This document shows positions 51,801 to 60,139 of a stretch of 64,000 nt of DNA, piece after piece; the first letter of the stretch is position 1; each line of letters begins with the position of its first letter. The notes beneath the pieces were generated by a model that saw nothing but the letters and a program-made list of their open reading frames with translations, was not told the origin of the DNA and made no database searches. A program made the translations under genes and the position numbers. Origin of the DNA: a bacterium BMS3Abin11 (GTDB lineage: Bacteria > Pseudomonadota > Gammaproteobacteria > BMS3Bbin11); assembly GCA_002897635.1 (NCBI GenBank), contig BDTD01000011.1:76436-140435 (forward strand), given 5' to 3'.

Positions 51801-52756
51801 TCAGCTTCAACACTCCGTACCGAAAATGGTGAGCCAAAATTACCCAGTGGAATTAATAAATCACGCCCTTTGATATGACCCACAGAGGACTCCAATACCC
51901 CATTAGTCCAGTCAGTCAAAAGATCCACAGACACCCTTCCCGAGACGACTGGAAGCGCCAGCTTTTCATTTACTATGCCAGGCAAACCTGAAAGCTCCAG
52001 GTCACTAATTTTAGAGCTAAGGCTGCCGTTCCATGAATCCATTTCCAGAACATTGCCGTGTATATCAAACTTCGTTGACACTACTTTCCCGAGGCTTTCT
52101 GGGAGTTTTACTGATCCTTCGAAAATATGTCTTTTACCTTTATTCTTCATGGAAAAATTAATATCGGTGACGATAAAATTCTTTTCCTTTAGGAAATGAT
52201 CATGCCAGATAAAACGCCCATCACTGATTGTAATTTTATGCTGGCGAAACAATGTTGCCAGCCTGCCTTTTTTTGGTGGCGGGGCCTTGAACTTACCAAT
52301 ATAAAACTCCCCCTCGGGAGAACGGCTAACATGAATAACCGGATTTTTCAGGGTGATCTGCCTGAATACGAGCTTACCCTGGAGCAATGGCACAATATCC
52401 AGGTCAAGTCTCAGTTCACCCAGACTTATCTGGATGTCTTCTTTACCGCTAGCATCCTTTAGCACCAGCTTTCGCGCATACAGCGATGGATAAAGACCCT
52501 GCCAGTCAGCCGCCATCTCGCCAATCACCACTGTCTGCCCTATCTGTTTAGTCAGGTAGGTTTCAACCTCGGCCTTGCGGTCCACCAGTGCAGGTAGCCA
52601 GAATCGAAAAATGGTAATCGCCACAGCGGCAACAACGAACAGCATGACACCAAAATACCAGGCGACACGCGCACAGTGGATACAGGTAATACTGAACCAG
52701 GACCATAGGCCAGCCAGTAAATTGGTTTCCTGTTTGCTACGCATTAGTTCATACAA
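48872..52756 (-). CDS. yhdP: YhdP family AsmA-like lipid transport protein
   Basis: 1294 aa, N-terminal TM, RRLQLDFSDL; lies between rng and tldD. Confidence 0.9.
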   Translation of the reverse strand: MYELMRSKQETNLLAGLWSWFSITCIHCARVAWYFGVMLFVVAAVAITIFRFWLPALVDRKAEVETYLTKQIGQTVVIGEMAADWQGLYPSLYARKLVLKDASGKEDIQISLGELRLDLDIVPLLQGKLVFRQITLKNPVIHVSRSPEGEFYIGKFKAPPPKKGRLATLFRQHKITISDGRFIWHDHFLKEKNFIVTDINFSMKNKGKRHIFEGSVKLPESLGKVVSTKFDIHGNVLEMDSWNGSLSSKISDLELSGLPGIVNEKLALPVVSGRVSVDLLTDWTNGVLESSVGHIKGRDLLIPLGNFGSPFSVRSVEADINFENSGESWLLTLENTLFAVAGKPWPTGRIQVSYSEGESSLHVSKLKLADLHPVLDALTSKNKIVQLVKSLYPSGNASDISLTLYGPIKKPSDFLYKMSVSETTINAYQMYPSVTGLQANISVTKKGGSVVAEGMKSRIVLDRVYEHPLRMDDLQASVNWKKEKESWQVEGNRIWMKNKDAEAVASFIATIPIDRSLPPLLKLNVDLTGGNLSKADHYFPVLLMKPGIRQWFEGTRFRGRLNTAKLDYDGTVKGFPVAGARSFNVVANIGAGSMYFAPGWPRLTGVDADLVISKNDLWVNGYARDLYGQKLEKSIVHLSHLAESGKQVVDVSTVLHGDLGKVIDFLQNGPLFRNSTFRKLNLAGKGHGKMNLDLSIPLANTVDTHVKGEYKTINASLQLPDDSWITQLKGKLDFTERSLSSPSLQGKQLGGPLSFSVKTLKEGQPPVVEVDAKGEAYASYLGPLLGEWIAKELKGKAVWQGKMRFDEDKISLKVSSDLKGLASLFPYPLAKQSKEKLPLQLDVSFLPDKKTNVTFSMPSFVNGNLFFSDEEQVMALTGGCLLVGRNKASCTDRKGLTVAVEQAKLDLDPWDNYIKRQEGDEGIPAVVTQMSGKIDRVYYSKVDMADVDVIFDRQKDGSWEGKVDGERIKGDVGFKLDSSSRWVNMRLEKLIWNEAVEKQTTTEPTLDPVDFPSLDVAIENLVFHKMNLGRLTLIGEATDYEWELQLLKLDRPEMRLKANGRWRGRNNNQTSSFDVDFTSTDMLATLIALDLNLDFESKIFRTTGNVSWKGAPYDYRLGILNGNLEIHSDRGRLSGVEVGAGRLLGVFNIDSLRRRLQLDFSDLSKEGFAFDSIDADVSINQGIADISKLIVSGPSATIKLEGQLGLVKENVDMKMSILPALGGNLAIAGYVLGGPAGGVATYLASKAIKNQIEKSTNYQYTISGSWGNPLVKKIQTTNASDDTENSVDDTAPGG

Positions 52757-53030
52757 AAAATACTTGTGATCTGTGACATTATTATATTCTCTAACATGAC
52801 TTTAATCCTGTTTCCTTTCTGTACCCGGCTTCAGCACGATATAGCTACTCCTGCAAACATCTTTCACCTTGCTGGAAGTCAAGGGTACCGCCATATCTAC
52901 CGCTCGTCTGCCTAAAAACTACATCTGTCAGGGTATTCTTTACACTTCTCATTCATCATCTACAATTTTATGTAAGCCATTAACATATTTCTGGCAAGCA
53001 TAGAAAACTAATAAAATAGAGAAAGAAACA

Positions 53031-53195
53031 ATGGAAACAGTTATCGAACCAGTACTTGACAGCTTTGCAGGTAATATAGAAATAGCCATCTATATGGCAA
53101 CGGAAATAGAGGATGAACTGACAGACATCTGTAGCAATAACAAAAAGCGCATCATTAAAAAATTAAACCAACTGCGTGATGGAAGGAAACACTGA
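53031..53195 (+). CDS. Small hypothetical protein (54 aa)
   Basis: METVIEPVLDSF...QLRDGRKH*, purine-rich leader. Confidence 0.4.
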   Translation: METVIEPVLDSFAGNIEIAIYMATEIEDELTDICSNNKKRIIKKLNQLRDGRKH

Positions 53196-53224
53196 CAGGC
53201 GCACGCTCTCGCTCTGATTCGTAG

Positions 53225-54685
53225 TCAAACCATGACAACATCATACTCATCTGGCATATAAAGCGTTTCGACCTGTAATTCTATCTCCGCATTAATGAAT
53301 TCCTGCAGATTTGCCAGACTCATCTGCTCTTCATTCAACAACATATCTATTACCTTTTCCGAGGCAATAATACGATAGCTGACATCTTCATATGAGTCAC
53401 GCATGATTTCACGAAAGATATCGTAGCAGATGGTCTGAGCAGTTTTAACTACCGCCTTGCCATGACAAACCGGGCAGACTTCACACAGAATATGCTCAAG
53501 ACTTTCACGTGTTCGCTTGCGTGTGACTTCCAGCAAACCCAGTGAAGTCATTTCGGTAATATAGCTTTTTGCCGGATCTTTCGACAGTCCGCGTTTAAGT
53601 GCACGCAACACCTGGTGTTGATGCTCAATTTCGACCATATCGATAAAGTCGATGATAATAATACCTCCAATATTGCGTAGGCGCAGCTGCCTGGCGATGG
53701 CCTGAGCTGCTTCAAGATTGGTTTTGAAGAGCGTCTCTTCCTGATTGCGACGACCGACAAAAGTACCAGTATTGACATCGATAGTGATCATTGCCTCTGT
53801 CTGATCTATGACAATATGGCCACCGGATTTAAGCGGCACAACACGGCTTAGCGCCTTCTGTATTTCATCTTCAATGGAATAAAGGTCAAAAATTGGCCGC
53901 TCACCGGGATAGTACTCAACTCTTTCAGCCAGCTCCGGTAGGTATTCTGCCGCCAGTTCGTAGGCTAGCCGCCAGGTCTCACGTGAATCGATGCGCAGCC
54001 TTTCTACATTATCCCGCACCATGTCACGCACCGTACGAACCGCCAGCGGCAAATCCCGATAAATGACATCACCGGCCTTACTTCCTTCAAGTTTCAACTG
54101 CAGCTGTTGCCAGATTTTGTGCAAAATCTCGATATCTGAACGTATCTCATCCTCTGTTGCAGTCTCAGCGATTGTGCGAATGATATACCCGCATACCACG
54201 CCCTCAACATGACTTTTTACTATATCTTTCAGTCGTTTCCGTTCACTGTCTCCTTCAATTCTCTGTGAAACTCCGATATGGGATGAGTACGGCAGAAAGA
54301 CCAGATTTCTTGCAGGGATAGCAAGCCGGGTAGTCAGCCGTGCACCCTTGCTGCCGATAGGATCTTTAATTACCTGTACGACCAGCTTTTGGCCATCATG
54401 CAACTTGTGGGAGATACAGTCATCTTCTGTGGCCTTGCTTGACGTCCCGTCCATGGTATTGGGATCTATGTCGGAAGAATGCAAGAAAGCCGTGCGCTCT
54501 AACCCTATATCAATAAATGCCGCCTGCATGCCGGGTAGTATTCGCACCACCTTGCCGACATAGATATTGTTGACTATGCCACGTGCAGTACTGCGCTCAA
54601 TCTGTAATTCCTGCAACAGTCCGTTCTCAACCACTGCAACGCGGGTTTCCTGCGGGGTAACGTTGATTAAAATTTCCTGGGACAT
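53225..54685 (-). CDS. rng: Ribonuclease G
   Basis: INVTPQETRVA, IDVNTG and GGIIIIDFIDM motifs. Confidence 0.95.
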   Translation of the reverse strand: MSQEILINVTPQETRVAVVENGLLQELQIERSTARGIVNNIYVGKVVRILPGMQAAFIDIGLERTAFLHSSDIDPNTMDGTSSKATEDDCISHKLHDGQKLVVQVIKDPIGSKGARLTTRLAIPARNLVFLPYSSHIGVSQRIEGDSERKRLKDIVKSHVEGVVCGYIIRTIAETATEDEIRSDIEILHKIWQQLQLKLEGSKAGDVIYRDLPLAVRTVRDMVRDNVERLRIDSRETWRLAYELAAEYLPELAERVEYYPGERPIFDLYSIEDEIQKALSRVVPLKSGGHIVIDQTEAMITIDVNTGTFVGRRNQEETLFKTNLEAAQAIARQLRLRNIGGIIIIDFIDMVEIEHQHQVLRALKRGLSKDPAKSYITEMTSLGLLEVTRKRTRESLEHILCEVCPVCHGKAVVKTAQTICYDIFREIMRDSYEDVSYRIIASEKVIDMLLNEEQMSLANLQEFINAEIELQVETLYMPDEYDVVMV

Positions 54686-54807
54686 TGAATTAAAACTTTG
54701 CGTCTGGTGACTAATAATTCAAATTGTACCATTGTGGATCAAAAGCAGGGGAAAGGTAGAAGGGAAAAGGAAAGTCAAAACCTTGTTAGTACAGCCGAAT
54801 TTACCAT

Positions 54808-55071
54808 ATGAGAGTAAACTGTTGTGGTCAACTGTTTCCGGACACTTTGTTAAGCCTTTTCAAAAACACCCCAGATGAAGTTATCAGGGAGCAGGTATCC
54901 TCCTGCCAGGCAGCAACCTGTAGCTGTTGTACGCCTGCTTTTAGAGAAAATGTAGAAAGGTTCTCAAGTGAGATAACCAATCAGGGAACTAAAGTAACTA
55001 TCAGAGGTATTATTACCGAAGAACAGGTTAAGAAAAATGTTTTAAGCTGTGCACCAAAGCTGGAAAGGTGA
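54808..55071 (+). CDS. Small Cys-rich protein
   Basis: CC, CQAATCSCC and SCAPK; coupled to ArsR. Confidence 0.6.
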   Translation: MRVNCCGQLFPDTLLSLFKNTPDEVIREQVSSCQAATCSCCTPAFRENVERFSSEITNQGTKVTIRGIITEEQVKKNVLSCAPKLER

Positions 55072-55072
55072 T

Positions 55073-55426
55073 ATGAACGATATCTGTAGTACAAACTGTA
55101 AAACAGCCCAGCTTATAGCGGCTAATCGGAAAAAGATTAGCCGCTATAAAAATTTTAGCAAGGCTGTCGTCTTTTATAAATTGCTGGGTAATCAGACGAG
55201 ACAAAAAATACTTTTAATATTAATAAAAAGTGAACTTTGTGTCTGTGATATAGCTGAGTCGATTAACTTGTCCGTTCCTGCTACGAGTCAACAACTTAAA
55301 ATGTTAAAGCAGGCAGGAATTCTGGTTCAACGCAATACAGGTAAAATGGTTTACTACTCATTTGCCAACCTGGAAGTCGAAGGTGTTATAACATCTTTGT
55401 TATCTAATATCATAGAGAAAATATGA
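55073..55426 (+). CDS. ArsR/SmtB family metalloregulator
   Basis: ELCVCDIA and SQQLKML motifs; N-terminal CxxxC. Confidence 0.88.
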   Translation: MNDICSTNCKTAQLIAANRKKISRYKNFSKAVVFYKLLGNQTRQKILLILIKSELCVCDIAESINLSVPATSQQLKMLKQAGILVQRNTGKMVYYSFANLEVEGVITSLLSNIIEKI

Positions 55427-55462
55427 ACATAAACCCCGACCTAAACTCTCGCCTTAAAGATT

Positions 55463-56137
55463 ATGAAGATTTTAATTGTTGAAGACGAACCCAAAACAGC
55501 AGCATTCGTCAACCAGGGTTTCACCGAAGAAGGCTTTGTGGTCGATGTTGCTATCGACGGCGCGGATGGACTTCATCTGGTTATGACCGGTGACTACGAT
55601 TTGATCGTGCTCGATATTATGCTGCCGAAACAAGATGGTTGGTCAGTACTCCAGGAAATCCGGAAACATCGGCCTGACCAATGCGTGATCGTGCTCACTG
55701 CGCTGGATGCCCTTGCTGAGCGGGTCAAGGGCTTGAGCCTGGGAGCGGACGATTATTTGATCAAACCCTTCGCTTTTTCCGAATTGCTTGCGCGTGTACG
55801 TAACCTGTTGAGGCGTGGGTCGGTACGGCAGAAGCTGGTGCAGAGATTTGCCGATATTGAAATGGACCTATCGCGGCATCGGGCTTCGAGAGGAGGGATT
55901 CCACTGGATCTTGCCCCCCAGGAGTATCGCTTACTGGAATATCTATTACGCCATTCCGGAGAGGTGTTGACTCGTACGCGGCTCGCCGAGCAGCTGTGGG
56001 ATATGAACTTTGACGGCGATAGCAACGTCATTGATGTCGCGATCCGCAGGCTGCGCAGGAAAGTCGATAATCCCTGTCAACGAAAGTTGATTCATACCCT
56101 GCGAGGTGTGGGTTATGTTCTGGATGAGCGTGACTGA
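55463..56137 (+). CDS. Heavy-metal response regulator (CusR/CzcR-like)
   Basis: GADDYLIKPF and WDMNFDGDSNVIDVAIRRLR motifs. Confidence 0.92.
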   Translation: MKILIVEDEPKTAAFVNQGFTEEGFVVDVAIDGADGLHLVMTGDYDLIVLDIMLPKQDGWSVLQEIRKHRPDQCVIVLTALDALAERVKGLSLGADDYLIKPFAFSELLARVRNLLRRGSVRQKLVQRFADIEMDLSRHRASRGGIPLDLAPQEYRLLEYLLRHSGEVLTRTRLAEQLWDMNFDGDSNVIDVAIRRLRRKVDNPCQRKLIHTLRGVGYVLDERD

Positions 56138-57542
56138 GGTGGCCACTGCAAGAGAAGGTTCGATTGCTGCGCGTCTCACCGCCTGGTATGCGCTGCTCAG
56201 TGTTGTGCTGATCGCCTTCTCCGGCAGCATATTGTATTGGGTGGCAGTGAACCACCTGCGCCAGGAGGATGACAAGCTCCTTACGGCCAAGATCTCCGAG
56301 TTACGCGCTGTACTGTTACTGCATCGTAATGACTACGCGGCGTTGCGCGAGGAAGTTGAACAGGAGGCTACCTCGTTTCGAGGTATCCACCTACGGGTAC
56401 TGAATGCCCAGGGTGACATCATCGCAGAAAGTCCTGTGTCCAGCACAACAGCCGGCGATGACACCCCGTTTGCCACCGCATGGCTTCAGGCTGATGAGCG
56501 CGGTCGGGATTGGGTTGCCGGGAATGGGAAGACTTACCGCGTGATGTCTAGCAACTTCGAGATAGGTTCCCGTTACACAGTACACGCGGCCATGAGCCTG
56601 TTGAAAGATGAGCAATTTCTGGCGGCCTACCGGAGTACATTGCTACTGGCCGTTGCCTTCGCCCTGTTGGTGGCCATCGCTACAGGTTATTTTATTGCCC
56701 GCAGAGGTTTGCAGCCCGCCTCCCGCCTCGCCGTTATCGTCGATGGGTTGGGCGCGGGACATCTGCACCGACGGGTTGGCGACGAAGCCTGGCCTTCGGA
56801 GCTGCGTCCACTTGCGACAAACTTTGATCACCTCCTGGCACGACTGGAAGATTCGTTCGCCCGCATCTCGCGTTTCTCGGCGGATATCGCCCATGAACTG
56901 CGCACTCCGCTCCATATTCTCCGAGGCGAAGCAGAGATCGCCCTGTCCAGGGGGCGGTCGCGTGAGGATTACCGGGCATGTATCGAATCCGCGGTGGATG
57001 AGTACGACCGCCTGTCCCGCCTGGTGGATGGGCTGTTGTTCCTGGCTTCCACTGAACAACCGGATAAGCAACTCGAGAAGCGATCACTGGACCTTACACA
57101 GGAGATCGATGCCGTGTGCGCCTTGTACCAGGCCATGGCCGACGAGTTGAGTATCACTCTGCTGGCCGGCGGTTGCGGGCAGTTGGTCGCGGATTCCAGC
57201 CTCCTGCGACGCGCGCTGGGCAATCTCGTGGCGAATGCGCTACGTCATACGCCGAGTGGTGGACGCGTCGTCGTCGAGGCGAAGACTACCCCGAACCATG
57301 CCGTCGAGATCGTCGTGAGCGATACCGGGTGCGGGATAGCGCCAGAATATATGCCGCGTATTTTCGACCGCTTTTACCGTGTTGACGGGGCCCGGCCACG
57401 GCAGGGGAAAAGCACCGGTCTCGGTCTTGCCATTGTCCGGTCGATCATCCAGTTACATGGTGGAACCGTTTCGATCGACAGCGAACCTGGTCAGGGTACG
57501 ACCGTCACGCTGACATTCCCTTCCCCAGTCAATTCAACCTGA
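56124..57542 (+). CDS. Heavy-metal sensor histidine kinase (CusS/CzcS-like)
   Basis: Two TM helices, FSADIAHELRTP, N and G boxes. Confidence 0.92.
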   Translation: MSVTEVATAREGSIAARLTAWYALLSVVLIAFSGSILYWVAVNHLRQEDDKLLTAKISELRAVLLLHRNDYAALREEVEQEATSFRGIHLRVLNAQGDIIAESPVSSTTAGDDTPFATAWLQADERGRDWVAGNGKTYRVMSSNFEIGSRYTVHAAMSLLKDEQFLAAYRSTLLLAVAFALLVAIATGYFIARRGLQPASRLAVIVDGLGAGHLHRRVGDEAWPSELRPLATNFDHLLARLEDSFARISRFSADIAHELRTPLHILRGEAEIALSRGRSREDYRACIESAVDEYDRLSRLVDGLLFLASTEQPDKQLEKRSLDLTQEIDAVCALYQAMADELSITLLAGGCGQLVADSSLLRRALGNLVANALRHTPSGGRVVVEAKTTPNHAVEIVVSDTGCGIAPEYMPRIFDRFYRVDGARPRQGKSTGLGLAIVRSIIQLHGGTVSIDSEPGQGTTVTLTFPSPVNST

Positions 57543-57691
57543 CCCGGCCAATCTCTCCATCTACCGGTGTCTTCAGATTCAGCGCGAGTGAAGATGACCA
57601 AACGGTCAGGTTGTCGTCACTTTCTGGTCCCCCTTGTCTGTTTATCATACTCCGGTCAAACATAACCATTGCCCGGTGAAGCACGGAGAAG

Positions 57692-59089
57692 ATGAAGCGC
57701 CTGTCGATTGCCTGTATGGTGCTGTTGCTCGCCGGTTGCGCGAGCTTCACGCCCAAACCACTGGATCCGGAGGCACGGCAGGTGGCGTTCGAATCACGCA
57801 GCCTCACGAGTTCCGGCGTCCGCCAGTTTATTGAACACACCCTGGACCACGCGATCGCTCCCTGGCCACCAAAATCCTGGGACCTCGCGACGCTCACACT
57901 GGCGGCCTACTATTTCCAACCCGGTCTCGATGTGGCGCATGCCCGCAGTCTGCTTGCACAAGCCCGCGTCATCACAGCAGGAGCCCGCCCGAACCCCACG
58001 CTACCCGCGTCCTTTGAGTACAATACGGATGTGCCCGCGGGCATTTCCCCATGGACCAATGGTCTGGGCATCGCTGTGCCGATCGAAACGGCCGGCAAAC
58101 GAGATTACCGCATTCAACAGGCGCAGTATCTCGCACAAGCAGCAAGACTTCGTGAGGTAGATACGCTGTGGCAAGCGCGCAGTCACGTGCGGAGCAACCT
58201 CCTGTCCGCTTACCCAACCGAGGCCCTGGCGCGGCGGCAAAGAGACCTCCAGCAGGAGATAGTCCGGTTGCTGGAGCGCAGATTTGCGGTTGGATTTGCC
58301 TCCCAGCCAGAGATGACCCAGGCTCACCTTGCGCTCAATCAGGCCATACTGGCCTTGCAGAAAAATCAGACACAGCGCGCCGAGAATCTTGCCCGTGTCG
58401 CGGCCTCAGTCGGCGTCCCCGGCAACGCCATCGAAGATGTAATCATTTCTTTCGATGCTTTTAATCTGCTTCCATCGGTTTCTGGGTTGCCGTCTGTCGA
58501 TATGCGGCGTCAGGCTTTGTTACACCGGCCTGATGTCCTGGCTGCGCTGGCAGATTACGAGGCGAGTCAGTCCGCACTGCAACTGGAAGTTGCCAAACAA
58601 TATCCTGACATTTCTCTAGGCCCCGGCTATCTCTGGGATGCCGGCGAGGTGAAATGGTCGCTCGGGCTATCGCTTGTGCTGCCATTGTTTAACCGTAACA
58701 CAGGCCCCATCGCCGAGGCAGAGGCACGTCGTAAAAAGGTGGGCGCGATCTTTTTGGCCATTCAGGCCAGAGCGATCGCGGAAGTGGAACAGGCATTGGC
58801 GGGCTACGGACGCACTGTCCAGATAGTTGATACTGCCGATACCCTGTTGCGCAATCAGAAAAAAAAGGAACAGGCCGCCAGTGCAGCCTACAGGGCTGGT
58901 GAAGCGGATCGGTTGGCACTGCTGAGCGCGCAGTATGAAACCGTGACCGCTGAGTTCACACGTGCCAACGCCCTGATGCAGGCACAGCAGATTCTCGGGC
59001 GGCTGGAGGACGCACTGCGCTCACCGTTGGGCGCTGACACGTTTATTCCTACTGCGGCGCGTGCGGTCTCATTGAAACGGGTTCACTAA
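57692..59089 (+). CDS. TolC family outer-membrane lipoprotein
   Basis: Lipobox LAGC; RPDV and QYPDISL motifs. Confidence 0.88.
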   Translation: MKRLSIACMVLLLAGCASFTPKPLDPEARQVAFESRSLTSSGVRQFIEHTLDHAIAPWPPKSWDLATLTLAAYYFQPGLDVAHARSLLAQARVITAGARPNPTLPASFEYNTDVPAGISPWTNGLGIAVPIETAGKRDYRIQQAQYLAQAARLREVDTLWQARSHVRSNLLSAYPTEALARRQRDLQQEIVRLLERRFAVGFASQPEMTQAHLALNQAILALQKNQTQRAENLARVAASVGVPGNAIEDVIISFDAFNLLPSVSGLPSVDMRRQALLHRPDVLAALADYEASQSALQLEVAKQYPDISLGPGYLWDAGEVKWSLGLSLVLPLFNRNTGPIAEAEARRKKVGAIFLAIQARAIAEVEQALAGYGRTVQIVDTADTLLRNQKKKEQAASAAYRAGEADRLALLSAQYETVTAEFTRANALMQAQQILGRLEDALRSPLGADTFIPTAARAVSLKRVH

Positions 59090-59098
59090 GAGAAAAAC

Positions 59099-60139
59099 AT
59101 GAAGAAGAAATCAGTAGTAATTTTTGTCGCGGGTGTGGCGATAGCGGTCCTTGCCGTTTGGGGATTCATGAAGGGACGTGAAGAACTCACTCGAGAACAG
59201 CAGCATGAAGCGCCCATCAAGGTGCCGTTGCGGGTGAAAAATGAGGCAGGCGGGCCAGTGGTCACCTTCGATGCGGCTACGCAAAAAAGGGCCGATATCG
59301 CCGTAGCTGCGGCAGTACCAGGTACCCGGCATGCCGATATCGAAGCGTTAGCGGTGGTCCTGCCACCGCGAGGATTGATCGAACTGCGTAATCGCTACGT
59401 GGCAGCGACGGCACAGGCTGACAGGGCAAGTGCCGCACTGCACGCATCACGCCGGGAATATGAACGCCTCAAGGCACTGCACGGAGATGATCGGAATATC
59501 TCGGACAAGGTGTTGCAGGCAGCTGAAGTAGCCTGGCGTAGCGATGAAGCGGCCGTGCGCGCTGCGCAAGCCGCCGTCGATGCCCTCAAGCGTAGCGCAA
59601 GGCAACAATGGGGTGCAGTATTGACCTCGGCAGTGGTGGAAAATGCATCGAGCTTTCAGCGTCTCTCAATGCAAAATGAGGTGCTGCTGCGGATCGCGGC
59701 ACCGTCAGGCGTCCGCTTATTGACGCCGCCTGCGACAGTGAGCGTGGTCCGGGACGATGGTCAGCTCAGTACCGCTCGGCTGATTTCCCCGTCGCCCCAG
59801 GCCGATCCGCGTATTCAGGGTCCTGCCTTTTTCTATGCGGCCGCAGCCGCAGGGTTGCTACCCGGTACCACGCTGATAACCCGTCTGCCTGTTGGACCGG
59901 AGAAAACGGGGGCCGTGATACCTGCATCTGCCCTGGTCTGGTGGCAAGGCAAGGGATGGTTCTATGTCCAAAGTAAGCCGAATAAGTTTGTGCGGCGTGA
60001 GCTTATCGGTGCAATGCCGGTCTTGGAGGGCTGGTTCGTTCCACAACTTCAGACGGCGCGAGTTGTGGTGAGAGGTGCCCAGACATTGCTCTCGGAAGAG
60101 CTACGCGGACAGATCCAGGCCGGTGACGAAGGCGGATGA
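59099..60139 (+). CDS. RND periplasmic adaptor (MFP)
   Basis: N-terminal TM, helical hairpin, VVRGAQTLLSEE. Confidence 0.8.
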   Translation: MKKKSVVIFVAGVAIAVLAVWGFMKGREELTREQQHEAPIKVPLRVKNEAGGPVVTFDAATQKRADIAVAAAVPGTRHADIEALAVVLPPRGLIELRNRYVAATAQADRASAALHASRREYERLKALHGDDRNISDKVLQAAEVAWRSDEAAVRAAQAAVDALKRSARQQWGAVLTSAVVENASSFQRLSMQNEVLLRIAAPSGVRLLTPPATVSVVRDDGQLSTARLISPSPQADPRIQGPAFFYAAAAAGLLPGTTLITRLPVGPEKTGAVIPASALVWWQGKGWFYVQSKPNKFVRRELIGAMPVLEGWFVPQLQTARVVVRGAQTLLSEELRGQIQAGDEGG

